From IMG/VR virus record IMGVR_UViG_3300032236_001850, positions 310,001 to 374,000 of that record: a stretch of 64,000 nucleotides of DNA. One strand, written 5' to 3'. The position numbers were made by a program, and so were the translations under genes. Positions within the stretch are counted from its first letter, which is position 1. Every line of letters begins with the position of its first letter. Shown piece by piece: positions 9,976 to 20,900 of this stretch. The notes under the pieces were generated by a model. That model saw only the letters and a list, made by a program, of their open reading frames with translations, was not told the origin of the DNA and ran no database searches.

Positions 9976-11802
9976 ATGGCAGCAGATTGGACAACATTCA
10001 TATCTGATGTAAGCGATAAGCTGGCATCCCAATCTATTGGATCGTACGAGGAGATGGCGGATTTTCTTAGAAATGAATATATTTCTGCAACCGTCGGTAA
10101 AGCAGCATCCCCGTACGGCGAGATGCACGTGCAGGGGAAAGATGATATAATGTTTGAGGGTTTTAAAAAAGGATTTAAAATACTTTATGAAGGTGGGGAT
10201 TTAACATTCGAGGAAAAGAAAACAAGTCCTGAATATGCTGATCTTGATGTACAACCACCAACAATAGACATTTCCGGAGCTGTTGATCAGGTTGATCTCG
10301 ATTTTAGAGATTGGGCTGAAGCAAATAAAGACACAATTCCTCCTTTTGTTTATTCTCAATTTTTTTCACAATATCCAAATTTTCCGAAAGATAGAAATCA
10401 AGCAGTTCTTGAGATTGCTAGAAAAATTCTACACCAGTTTGATGGTACAAGTTCCTACATACAATGGATGATGTCATTGAGAACAGGACCATATAGTGAT
10501 TGGGGAAATCTAATAATGGATCAGGTTGTTAATATTATAAACGTTGCTGATAGTAGCGAACTAAAACCTGGTGATTTGGTAAGAGGATTTGCTAAGTATA
10601 AAAACGTTGATAATATTTTTATTAAATCCGTTGTTGGTGATAATATAGATTATATTATTCAGCCTGATGATGGACATAATTATTACGAATATTACGCAAT
10701 CTATGGCAGAGGTGCTACTGTTAGCGGGAATGACGTCTTTAATTATATAAAAGGTGATACTGACATAGATAATACAAAGGAATTTACGCAATCGCGATTA
10801 GATACTAACAACCTGCAGGAAACTGATCTTATAGAAGGAAAGATAGTTTCTGTGCTTGATGTTAAGGGAGGACGCAATATTAAAATATCCTTTTATGATA
10901 AAAAATATAATAAAAATTTCATAAAAGAATTGATACCAGGCACAGTTACTAGGAAATTGTCTCTTAGTGATCTTGCTGGAAATATACCGTCGGTGGATAT
11001 AACCCGTCAGATTTTCCAGGATCAGCATTTGAGCAATCCTAATAAAATTCCAGATTATATGACATCGAATTTTATAATACATTTTACATATTCTAAATAT
11101 GATGCTGGATATCTTAGTGAATGGTTAAGAAGATATACTAATGGTGGAACCGCCGATGAGATTCTTAGAGAATTTGATGGCTCATATAGTTATGGTAGCG
11201 ATATTATTGGAATTTTGGGAAGAGGTGGTCTATATTCAACAAAATTATATCGTGATAATTCCAATATTTTTTCTTATGGTGGAGGATTTCTAAATGATTT
11301 CTCATGGATTAGTCAAATGCGTAACACAAATAAATATTTTGAATATACTGCGGAAGAAAACAGATTTAGAGAGCTCAAGATAAGATGGATAAACGAGATA
11401 GCTGATAAAGCAAGAAAAAATGAGGATCCTGATAAACCAGAGGATGCATATAATCTCATGGCTAAAGGTGTTTTAGACTATTGGAAATCCTGTGCACAAC
11501 AACCTTTAACTAATGAACCCGGTGCTCCCCCATGTTTATTTTCTCCACCACAGGGCGGTATTTATGTTCCCATTTATTATGGAAGTCAAACAATGTTGGG
11601 TAACAATATAAAAAGAGCTTTTAATACGGGTAAAAGATTCACACAGCCAGGCGAAAAAATAGTAGCTGCAAAAATGGTTGCTTCAGCTCTTGCTTATTCC
11701 TTTTCCATGCATCTCCTTGAATTAAAGTTCATCTATCAGGGTGGTATACCTGGACCAGATGGACCTATTCCTATGATTGGATTTATTCCACTTGTATATT
11801 AA
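9976..11802 (+). CDS. hypothetical protein, probably virion-associated
   Basis: Track gives 9937; the ATG at 9976 (MAADW), 1 nt after the spike stop codon, is the more likely start. Confidence 0.65.
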   Translation: MAADWTTFISDVSDKLASQSIGSYEEMADFLRNEYISATVGKAASPYGEMHVQGKDDIMFEGFKKGFKILYEGGDLTFEEKKTSPEYADLDVQPPTIDISGAVDQVDLDFRDWAEANKDTIPPFVYSQFFSQYPNFPKDRNQAVLEIARKILHQFDGTSSYIQWMMSLRTGPYSDWGNLIMDQVVNIINVADSSELKPGDLVRGFAKYKNVDNIFIKSVVGDNIDYIIQPDDGHNYYEYYAIYGRGATVSGNDVFNYIKGDTDIDNTKEFTQSRLDTNNLQETDLIEGKIVSVLDVKGGRNIKISFYDKKYNKNFIKELIPGTVTRKLSLSDLAGNIPSVDITRQIFQDQHLSNPNKIPDYMTSNFIIHFTYSKYDAGYLSEWLRRYTNGGTADEILREFDGSYSYGSDIIGILGRGGLYSTKLYRDNSNIFSYGGGFLNDFSWISQMRNTNKYFEYTAEENRFRELKIRWINEIADKARKNEDPDKPEDAYNLMAKGVLDYWKSCAQQPLTNEPGAPPCLFSPPQGGIYVPIYYGSQTMLGNNIKRAFNTGKRFTQPGEKIVAAKMVASALAYSFSMHLLELKFIYQGGIPGPDGPIPMIGFIPLVY

Positions 11803-11834
11803 AATATCCAGCAATTTAAAGGAACTAAAGATGA

Positions 11835-11842
11835 GATATATA
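11835..11842 (+). promoter_or_regulatory. GATATATA motif, putative late promoter
   Basis: One of 8 intergenic copies; 42 nt before the S1 gene start. Confidence 0.5.
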
Positions 11843-11884
11843 GTATAATTAATAGTAACGTATAATCATCTAAAACTAAAAAAA

Positions 11885-13045
11885 ATGAATTTTGATTCCT
11901 TAGAAAATTTTGAATGGGACTTACCTAATGGTTTATCTGTCAATTCTAAAATCAAATCCCCGGCAGGATCTAAAATATATTGCCACGAACCTTATGCTGA
12001 CGAACTAGCGAAACTTTATTTTGAAAGCAATGATAAATTCGAAGGAGGATCCAAGGATCTTTTGGACGGTGGAGTTTATCCTTGCACAATTATAAGTGTT
12101 AAAGCTGATGAGGCTTTAGCGCAAACTAACTCTGGTCAAACAATCTATATTGATTTGAAAAGAGAAAGAAGAGATGCAGAGAAACTTAATATTACCGGGA
12201 TTGGTTTTTATCCTGGTGAGGAGCTTAAAGCAAGAGTTCGAAAAATGAACGGAAGCTATTCCGGTTCTATCATAGAATATTACATACACAGTCTTAGAGC
12301 TGAGTTATTTGAACAAATCAAAAAAGAAAGTAATGCTTACCTTGTTAAGATTGTTAGTATCAACAAGGGTGGATATATTGCTGAATTGTCAGGTATCAAA
12401 TGTTTCATGCCTGGTTCATTAGCAGCAGCAAACAAAATAACTGATTTCGAATCGTACATTGGTAAAGAAATGCACGTAATGATTGAAGGTTACGTTGAAG
12501 CTAAGGATATATTCATAGTTTCTTATAAGAAATATCTTAATAGAATCATGGATTCCAAAATACAGGAACTTGATCTTACTAAGAAATACAAAGGGTATGT
12601 TACAGGAACAAGTGACTTTGGTGTGTTTGTTGAATGGGATGATGTTTATACAGGTCTTATACACAAAACAGAATTTGCTGAAGGAAACAGCTTAGCTTCA
12701 CTTTCTCCTGGTATAGAAATTGAATTCTATGTTAAAGAGATAAAAGACAACAACAGACTGACACTTACTCTAGATCAACCACTTGAAAGAAACGTAATCA
12801 TTCAAGATTTGGAATCTCAAGTTAATGATGGAACTGTTGAACCTATGGAAGCAAAGGTTAAACACAAAAGAAAAAATGGAGCTTTGGTAGAAATACAAGG
12901 ACTTGGTCTTCTAGCTCTAATACCTCAAGATAAATTGGGTAAGAAAGGAAACAGTATTAAAGTTGGAGACGACGTTACTGTTATTCCTTACGAGGTTGAA
13001 ACGATCTCGGGAAAAATATTCGTTAAAGTAGTAGATGTCGGATAA
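11885..13045 (+). CDS. rpsA: ribosomal protein S1-like protein (about 4 S1/OB domains)
   Basis: NKGGYIAELSGIKCFMPGSLA and GYVTGTSDFGVFVEWDDVYTGLIHKTE match bS1 domain 2 and domain 3 patterns. Confidence 0.8.
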   Translation: MNFDSLENFEWDLPNGLSVNSKIKSPAGSKIYCHEPYADELAKLYFESNDKFEGGSKDLLDGGVYPCTIISVKADEALAQTNSGQTIYIDLKRERRDAEKLNITGIGFYPGEELKARVRKMNGSYSGSIIEYYIHSLRAELFEQIKKESNAYLVKIVSINKGGYIAELSGIKCFMPGSLAAANKITDFESYIGKEMHVMIEGYVEAKDIFIVSYKKYLNRIMDSKIQELDLTKKYKGYVTGTSDFGVFVEWDDVYTGLIHKTEFAEGNSLASLSPGIEIEFYVKEIKDNNRLTLTLDQPLERNVIIQDLESQVNDGTVEPMEAKVKHKRKNGALVEIQGLGLLALIPQDKLGKKGNSIKVGDDVTVIPYEVETISGKIFVKVVDVG

Positions 13046-14441
13046 TAGAACACATTTTGATAAGCTCAATGCACTTAGCTCTTCCGTAATTGGATTTGAA
13101 TTTGAATTTTTTACTGACCTTTTAAAAGGTAGGGCTGCCGAAGCATTATCCAAACTTATCAAAAAGAAAGTTGTAGTTTCCGAAAAATATCACTCAAAAA
13201 CACCTGTAGATGCCAACAATTTTAAAATTGAACCTGATTATTCTGGTGGTAATAAAATGGTTGAGCTCATCACAGGACCTCTTCCTTACATGGAAGCAAT
13301 TCCAATTTTAATAAAAATATTAAAATGGATAGATGAAAATGGATGGACAAATGATAGATGTGCATTCCAATTTTCTGTAAGCTTCGATAAAAACAGACCG
13401 GAAGTAAAGAACAAAATTGAAACTATCGATAAACTTAAGTTTATATTAGGCCTTGATGAAGGCCTAATATATTCCAAGTTTGGAACTAGAGAAAAAAATG
13501 TTTATGCCAAGTCTGTTAAAAAAGTACTTCCTAGAAATAGATTTTCAATACTTGAAAACATCACCAGCATAGATCCTAAAATGTACCGAGTACCAGAGGA
13601 CAAATATTATGGTGTAAATTTTACAAAGATACCAAAGGGTTACATAGAATTTAGATATCTTGGTAACAGAGATTATCAAAAAAAGATAAAGGACATAAGG
13701 GAAATAATTGATTATATAGTTCTTTACCTTTATGATATTCTAAGCGGAAGAATCAGTGGGTACACTAAACAAGATCTTGCTACTCTCCAGGGTATGATGA
13801 ACAAATATGCTAAAGTTGTTAGATCTTTTAGCGATCCTGAAGTTTTCTTTAGAAATTATCCAGATTTTCACATATTCATAGATTTAAAGGGTTGGGATGA
13901 AAATGTTAAGACCTATTTTTTTGCAATAAGGGACAAAATATTTGATCTTATTGTGGATGGTAATATAACATCCTGTTATTTTAACTATGATACAACAACT
14001 GGTAGATTCCAAGTTAAGGAAGCTAGAAGTAGAGGTGCATTTGAAATAAGTGGGGTTGATCTTATATTATGTGATATAAAAAATGCAACAGTTAGAAATT
14101 GTAACATTTACAACTGCTCCATAAAAAAATCATGCATCGAGGATTCTTATATTTTTGGTGGAACTAAGGTTATATCATCTAAAATAAAAGCAACCATAAT
14201 TGATTTCGGTAACGAGCTCAAGGATTCCTTTGTCGATTGTGAAAATAAGAATATAAATTGTAAGATAATTGGTGGAGTATTTAGAGCGGGGATACTTGGT
14301 GATAATTCAGAACTAAGTAAAGAAACCATAAAAATTAAAGCTCCGGAGGATATTAGAATGACAAGATTTGTTACTGATAGTAGACTTAAAAATCTTAACG
14401 ACAAATATGGTGGTTCCAAGTTTGGAAACATGAACTACTAA
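13035..14441 (+). CDS. putative amidoligase (COOH-NH2 ligase, Amidoligase_2-like) with C-terminal beta-helix-like repeats
   Basis: IGFEFEF, EPDYSGG, VELITGP, TNDRCAFQ, KYYGVNF and YIEFRYLG motifs in family order; C-terminal I-x-x-C/S-x-I repeats. Confidence 0.65.
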   Translation: MSDNRTHFDKLNALSSSVIGFEFEFFTDLLKGRAAEALSKLIKKKVVVSEKYHSKTPVDANNFKIEPDYSGGNKMVELITGPLPYMEAIPILIKILKWIDENGWTNDRCAFQFSVSFDKNRPEVKNKIETIDKLKFILGLDEGLIYSKFGTREKNVYAKSVKKVLPRNRFSILENITSIDPKMYRVPEDKYYGVNFTKIPKGYIEFRYLGNRDYQKKIKDIREIIDYIVLYLYDILSGRISGYTKQDLATLQGMMNKYAKVVRSFSDPEVFFRNYPDFHIFIDLKGWDENVKTYFFAIRDKIFDLIVDGNITSCYFNYDTTTGRFQVKEARSRGAFEISGVDLILCDIKNATVRNCNIYNCSIKKSCIEDSYIFGGTKVISSKIKATIIDFGNELKDSFVDCENKNINCKIIGGVFRAGILGDNSELSKETIKIKAPEDIRMTRFVTDSRLKNLNDKYGGSKFGNMNY

Positions 14442-14455
14442 AATAAAAACTTAAC

Positions 14456-15250
14456 ATGACACAGGAAGAATTAGTACAAGAAATCGAGGATGCTCTAAAT
14501 TTTAGCTGCGCATTACCTTATAGCTTAAATGGAACTGAGGTTGAAAGAATCATAAAGAGAGCAAAGGCTTGGTTTTATGACAACTATCAATATGCAGTAG
14601 AGGATAGAGTTTTTGTTATAGCAAATAATATTTTCGCACATCCAGAATTCAGAAGAACCAGACAGATAGTACTTCCACCTTCAATAGTTGGTGTATATGA
14701 GGTTAGAGAACTGGGTGGTTATGGTGTATCAGGAACACCGGATAGAGATTTCGGTGATTCAAAATTGCTTGGTTCTGAATTACTTCTTTCTCCTTTTATG
14801 GGTGACAATATGGTTTATAGAACCGTTATGTACTCATATTTTGATTTATCAAAAGCATATCAACTAAACACCTTCGCTTACAAATACAATAAAAATACGA
14901 AAGCTCTAACCATACTTGGTAGAGATCCTAATAGATCTGGTATGGGTGCAAGCCAATCTGCACAATTAGCCCAAGGTTTTAACGGTTCTGGTGGTATGGA
15001 CGTTTCTGTTAGATGTCACGTAGCCATTCCTGATGAATACCTGTTTGATGATGAACTTTTTGTTAGATATTGTATAGCTAAATCTAAAATAGCACTTTCT
15101 CAGATGCTTGGTGTATTCACATACAATCTTCCTGGCGGTGTTACAATTAACGCCAGTGAAATAGGAACTCAAGGTACTACTGAACTTCAGGAGGTCATGG
15201 ATATGATCACTGGAGAAAATACTCCGTCCTATTTCTTACAATGGAATTAA
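14456..15250 (+). CDS. neck protein, T4 gp13-like
   Basis: C-terminal NLPGGVTINASEI signature; size and position fit. Confidence 0.75.
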   Translation: MTQEELVQEIEDALNFSCALPYSLNGTEVERIIKRAKAWFYDNYQYAVEDRVFVIANNIFAHPEFRRTRQIVLPPSIVGVYEVRELGGYGVSGTPDRDFGDSKLLGSELLLSPFMGDNMVYRTVMYSYFDLSKAYQLNTFAYKYNKNTKALTILGRDPNRSGMGASQSAQLAQGFNGSGGMDVSVRCHVAIPDEYLFDDELFVRYCIAKSKIALSQMLGVFTYNLPGGVTINASEIGTQGTTELQEVMDMITGENTPSYFLQWN

Positions 15251-15254
15251 TCTC

Positions 15255-15278
15255 GATATATAAGGGGAATTAATTCCC
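15255..15278 (+). promoter_or_regulatory. GATATATA motif followed by a 14-bp palindrome
   Basis: GATATATA at 15255-15262; GGGAATTAATTCCC at 15265-15278; ATG at 15280. Confidence 0.55.
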
Positions 15279-15279
15279 T

Positions 15280-15651
15280 ATGAGAGAAATTTATAATAGA
15301 GATCCCGACGATCCAAAGTACAATCCTTACCAATTAGAGGTAACAGATCCAATAGAAATCTGTACTGGTCAACTTAAAATGCTTCTCCTTACCAATAAAG
15401 GTGAGGTTCTTGGTGATCCTAAATTTGGTTTAAATTTAGAGGATCTTATTTTCAATCTGGAACTTTCTGAATATAGTATAAAAAAGGAACTTGATCTCAA
15501 TCTTAAGGTCTACGTTCCTCTTTTTTCTACGCTAGGTGGGACCTATGATTTAAAATTCTATCAGGGAACTCTAAGAGACATTGCAACCCTTGATTTTTAT
15601 ATACAAGCTGATGGTGGACTAAGTCCATTAGTAACCCTAAAATTAACATAA
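15280..15651 (+). CDS. baseplate wedge protein, T4 gp25-like
   Basis: LLLTNKGEVLGDPKFGLNL matches the gp25/gpW pattern L.T..GER...P.FG. Confidence 0.85.
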   Translation: MREIYNRDPDDPKYNPYQLEVTDPIEICTGQLKMLLLTNKGEVLGDPKFGLNLEDLIFNLELSEYSIKKELDLNLKVYVPLFSTLGGTYDLKFYQGTLRDIATLDFYIQADGGLSPLVTLKLT

Positions 15652-15655
15652 TAAA

Positions 15656-17380
15656 ATGAATATATTTAAGAAGAATAATATACTTATAGATGGATTACTT
15701 GGTGATACATTTACCTTTCTACAAAGTACATATAATCAAACAGCAAATGTCTTCACCGTTGCTTCCGCTTGGGGACAAATTCTTTTTGTTTTGCAGAATC
15801 TTTCTCAGCTTATACTTTATTTTATTGAGGATTCCATAACAGAGTTAAACATTCAGGAAGCAACGAGGGACTATTCAATAAGAAGCTTAGCAAGGATTGC
15901 AGGTTATGACCCAGGTAGAGCTTCTGCTGCGCAGGGAGAAATTAGTATGGCTTGGAATACCAGGGAAGGTGATGTTTCTGGTGGTGCAGTTATTATAAAA
16001 AATAATTCTCAAATAAGATGCCTACAAAATGGTAAAATATATTCACTCAGATTTGGAAGTAGTGAGGTTACAATTCCGTTGGTAAGAGGTAATAGTATAG
16101 CAGCAAAAATAGTTCAGGGTAATTTCGAAACAGCAACACTTACTGGTACTGGAGTAGGTTTACAAAGTTATAATCTTCCATCAGCTTCCGGAGCTTATAT
16201 AGATCAATTTTATATAGATGTTTATGTGAATGAGGAGAATTGGAAAAGATATGATTCTTTATATGATATACCGCTTAATGGGAAAGGTTATCTTGTTAGA
16301 AGTGGAATACAGGAGGGAATAGATCTTTACTTTGGAAATTCTAATTTTGGTATGGTTCCGCCACCTGGTTCAATGATTAGGGTTGAATATTTACAAACTA
16401 GTGGTGTAAGCGGCAATACAAATTCAACAAAAGAATATCCATTGACTTATAAATTCGTAACCAGTGGAACTGATTTGTTTGGTAGTGAGGTTGATCTCAA
16501 TCTTTACATAGACATGAAAAATGTTATTGATCCATCTTTTGGAACAAATCCTGAAGCAATCTCTCTAATAAGATTAGTAGCACCAAAAACAAGTAGATCT
16601 TTTGTTTTTGCAAATCCGGAAAATTATGAAATCTTCCTAAGTAAATTTGGTGTTTTTTCACAAATACAAGCATTTTCCACTTTTGATGATGATTATCTTG
16701 ACGACGATAACATAGTTTATCTTTACTTAGTTCCTGATATCACGTTAAATCTTACAACAAATGAGGACTATTTTAGTGTACCAGATGCTGACTTTTTACT
16801 TACTACCCAACAAAAAACAAAGATTATAAATCTTTTACAGGATTCTGGTTCAATGATAGCTACAACAGTTGTTAAAATCGTTGAACCTGTTATAACAAGA
16901 TATGTTGTTAATGTCGTAATATCCATATTTGAAGGTTATGATCCTGAGACTATAAAACAAACAATAAGAAAAAGATTCTCCGATTATATGCTAGGTAATA
17001 AAAGAAGAGATAAAATACCCAAATCCGATCTTATTGCGATAGTTGAGGGAATACTTGGTGTTGATTCAGTTTCTTTATTTTTCGTTGGTCAAAAGAATGA
17101 GGCTAATCAAATAGCAATTAAGGATCTTACGAATGTTAGTGATGCTCAATATAATGAGGTTATAGGAATGGATAACTTTGGTGACATATTAATAGGTAGA
17201 AATGAACTAGTAATACTCAGAGGTGGATGGTCAGATAGGAATGGTACATTCTTTACTGATTCAATTGTAGCTGGTAAACCAGGACCTCTTAATATAACTA
17301 TTGCATCAATCGTACCTAAAAATTTAAGAAGCGGTCTAACAGATGATCTAAAAACACAATTAGCAGCACAAAATAAATAA
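15656..17380 (+). CDS. baseplate wedge protein, T4 gp6-like (baseplate J-like)
   Basis: SIRSLARIAGYDPGRASAA; LYFGNSNFGMVPPPGSMIRVEYLQTSG; follows gp25-like gene. Confidence 0.85.
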   Translation: MNIFKKNNILIDGLLGDTFTFLQSTYNQTANVFTVASAWGQILFVLQNLSQLILYFIEDSITELNIQEATRDYSIRSLARIAGYDPGRASAAQGEISMAWNTREGDVSGGAVIIKNNSQIRCLQNGKIYSLRFGSSEVTIPLVRGNSIAAKIVQGNFETATLTGTGVGLQSYNLPSASGAYIDQFYIDVYVNEENWKRYDSLYDIPLNGKGYLVRSGIQEGIDLYFGNSNFGMVPPPGSMIRVEYLQTSGVSGNTNSTKEYPLTYKFVTSGTDLFGSEVDLNLYIDMKNVIDPSFGTNPEAISLIRLVAPKTSRSFVFANPENYEIFLSKFGVFSQIQAFSTFDDDYLDDDNIVYLYLVPDITLNLTTNEDYFSVPDADFLLTTQQKTKIINLLQDSGSMIATTVVKIVEPVITRYVVNVVISIFEGYDPETIKQTIRKRFSDYMLGNKRRDKIPKSDLIAIVEGILGVDSVSLFFVGQKNEANQIAIKDLTNVSDAQYNEVIGMDNFGDILIGRNELVILRGGWSDRNGTFFTDSIVAGKPGPLNITIASIVPKNLRSGLTDDLKTQLAAQNK

Positions 17381-17385
17381 TAACA

Positions 17386-17916
17386 ATGCAATCATATTCA
17401 CCGTTTTTTCCGGATCCAAATCTTAAAATAAATTACACTGTTAAGGGGATAACTCCAAAAACAACAAACACAACATTTTATAATAGTAAGGATCTTTATT
17501 CAACAATAGAACTTGCGACTAACCGTGCTTATAATATTGGGTGTTCCGGGTATCGTGCTATTACGTCCAATGCAAATGGAAGCTATTTATTTGGCCCGTG
17601 CTCATCGTCCGATGACTATAAAAGAATAATGAAGGAGATGACAACTGAAAGTGTTGATAGAAGATATTATGATTTCGATCCTGGACAAAACATATATGAT
17701 ATAAGGGACACACAAAATGATAATCTTTACAATGGTTTTGATTATAAGGATCAAATTCTTAGAAGAAGTTTATCTAATGTTATATACAGAGACCCTATCA
17801 AGGAAGGAATTCTTAGCTATTTTGAAAGAGTAGTATATGGATTGATTGAATCAACAAAGGAGATAAAAAACTTTGTTAACTATACGGTTAAAAGAAACAA
17901 TAAAAGAGTTTTCTAA
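17386..17916 (+). CDS. hypothetical protein in the baseplate cluster
   Basis: 176 aa; contains IGCSGY...GPC Cys pair. Confidence 0.65.
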   Translation: MQSYSPFFPDPNLKINYTVKGITPKTTNTTFYNSKDLYSTIELATNRAYNIGCSGYRAITSNANGSYLFGPCSSSDDYKRIMKEMTTESVDRRYYDFDPGQNIYDIRDTQNDNLYNGFDYKDQILRRSLSNVIYRDPIKEGILSYFERVVYGLIESTKEIKNFVNYTVKRNNKRVF

Positions 17917-17922
17917 TTTAAA

Positions 17923-20900
17923 ATGGCAAATCTAAATCTTAATTTTTATAATAAAAACGGGAATCCATTAAATTTCGATTATATAGGACCAACCGGACCG
18001 ACTCCTCTTGATACTAAATTCTCCCACATATTAAGTGATTCTCCATTAGTTGCTGGTTATTTTGAATGGACCGACAATCCGGATGACTATACATTAACAC
18101 TAAATATAAATGATGTAAACAATACGAATTTATATAAGTGGTGTATCGAGGCTGAGGATTTTATTGCTAAAGGTGCAACTCTATACCTTAATGGATTAAT
18201 TCCTGTTGCAAATACAAATTTTAAGGGAAAGGTATCCTCAGTTACGATAAATTCTAATCAAACGTTTGACGTTGTTTTACCAAAGAGCCATTTCCTTGGA
18301 CAAAGTATATTAAGCTATGATACCCAAGTTTATTTTGAGGGAACTTATGAGAACAGACCTGGTGGATATTTCAAAGGTAACATTTATTTTGATCCCATTT
18401 CAACTAGTCTTTATGAGAATCAGCAAATATTCGTTGTTCAGGAATTTTTAAATCATTCCGGAGATTTAGTGTATGGATTACCTCACACATCCAATCTTGG
18501 TTTAACCGGAGGTAAATGGAGAACAAGATGGTATAATGATAATTATGGGGATATTGACGTTTCCGAGATTATATTTACCTATGCCATAGAGGACCAGCTG
18601 GAAGGTGGTGACGGACAACCTCTTATTGTTAGTTATCCAAATATGGTTATGCCAGTTGGCTCAAGTCTTAGTGATTCGTATTCAAATGGGTTTATAATTA
18701 GTAATAATATAGTTTCTGATGCTATAGGAATAAATGTTGCACTTAATTCCCCGGATGATCTGGAAAATGTTTATGAAAGGAAACTTATTGTTGAGGACAT
18801 ATCAATCGGAACCCCACAAAAAGTTATAGAAATTGACTTTTATGGACAGACAGTTGGTGAGGATGAGAGGTTTAAGGTGCTTCTTGAAAATATTGGAAGA
18901 TCGTTTTACAATAGTGATTCCATAATACTTAGAGATCACGATCCTGCTGAACCAGTTCCAAACTTTTTGGAAATCAACGAAAAAAGAAAGGAGTTACTTA
19001 TAGCTGGTGAGGATATATTCCCATATATAGGTAGTTATAAAGGCCTTATTAATGCCCTTAAATTCTTCGGTTATCAGGACATGAGAATTAAGGAGTATTG
19101 GTTGAATCTAAATTATAAGAACCTAAAACTTGAATCACCATTACAACAAAACCAATCTTTCCTTAATAAAATAAAAAATGAACAAGCAAAGAATGGTTAT
19201 TCACAATCATACACGATAGGGGATGTTCTTGATAATGAAAATTCAGGTAAATATAAATTAACACAGACATATGGACCTGACAATAAAGGAAATTATGTTC
19301 TTAATGTTACGTCCGAGAATTCTCAACTCCCTAGTAAATCACTAAAGAAAACTTCACTGTTTGGTCTTTATTATGATCTAAATAAGGTTACTGATGATGT
19401 TGACGAGTATGGATACCCTGTGGTTGTTGATGCTTTTAAATTCACTCAAGAGGAAGTTCTTATAAAAATCTTTGCTCTAAAGCAAAGATTGAAAAGAGAT
19501 TATCTTCCATTAAATGCCAGAATAATAGATATCACTGGGGAAGGTGTTTATTTCATGATACAAAACACAAGATCCTGGACTGATCAGATGTTAAGATCTG
19601 ATATAAACATAGGTTATGACTTTGATTTTTTTCCAAACCCAGATTTTGGCTTTATTGAGGATCTTAGAAATTTCACGGTAAGACCAAATCCAAACTATAT
19701 TCAGATCCCAAGCTCCTATGATAATTCATACAGTATTGATGTTTCCTTTCCTGGTGGAACCGGTAGTGCAATAAGATTTACCGGTGATATTCCTAATGGT
19801 ATAACTGGTGATAATCCAATATTAAAATTACAAGCAGGTAAGTCATACACTTTTAATGTTACTGATACTAATTCAACGGGATCGAATCTTAACATTACTT
19901 CCTTTGCTGGGTTTCCAAATTATCCTTACCAGTGGTCAACAAATACACCAACAGGTATTGTTAATAACGGAGCAACCGGTGGGTATTCCTTGCAATGGTA
20001 TATAGCACCTGATGCTTCGGGAACTATACATTATTATTCCACAACAAATCCAAGTCTTATGTCAGGAGTTATACAGATAGTACCTGCAACAGTATCGGAT
20101 CTTGGTAACATTATAAATCCTCTGGATGTCCAACAAAATTATACAGCAGCACAAAACGAATCACTTCTATCAGCAATAGCCAAATTTTATGATTTAAAAC
20201 AGAATGGTGAAATATTGGAACTTGGCGATGGTAGATTTGATCCTCCTGCTTATATAGATCCAGTAACGGGTAAGATGTACGAAACACCTGTGGGAATGCC
20301 GGTAATTCTGGAACTCTCTGCAAATAAGTGGATATGGAATGAATTAAATATAGATTGGGACGCATTACTTGTGCCAACTTATAGACCTGGTGATAGGGTT
20401 AAAGTTAAAGCTACAGGAATATTTGGATCAGTTATTACCGTTTATTATAGTAACGGCGAATATGAAATAGCTCTTGACAATTCAACTACTGGAATATTTG
20501 GTGAGGCTGAATTATACTCTGGTGTACAGAATTACAGCATGCTCAATTGGAAGAATATAGATTTTTCCAATATGATGGAAATTGAGTGGATATTAAATAA
20601 ATCCGCAACACAGACCGGTACACCTTACCATTTCGAATTTAGAGGATCCATAGTTGATTATTATAAACTTGCCCACTTCTTACCTTACACCGGAGAATAT
20701 CAAGTCATATGTAACACGTATGACGCTTTTAACGCAAAGACAACCGTTATTAAAAATGCATCAATCTACGTTGATCCGAAAACTGTCGATATAGATTCTT
20801 GGACTAGATATAGAGAGGTTGAAAATTATCTATGGGATAATGTTGATAGAGAATGGAGAGAATATGAATCCATATGGGAATATCCAGCCGAAGGATCAAC

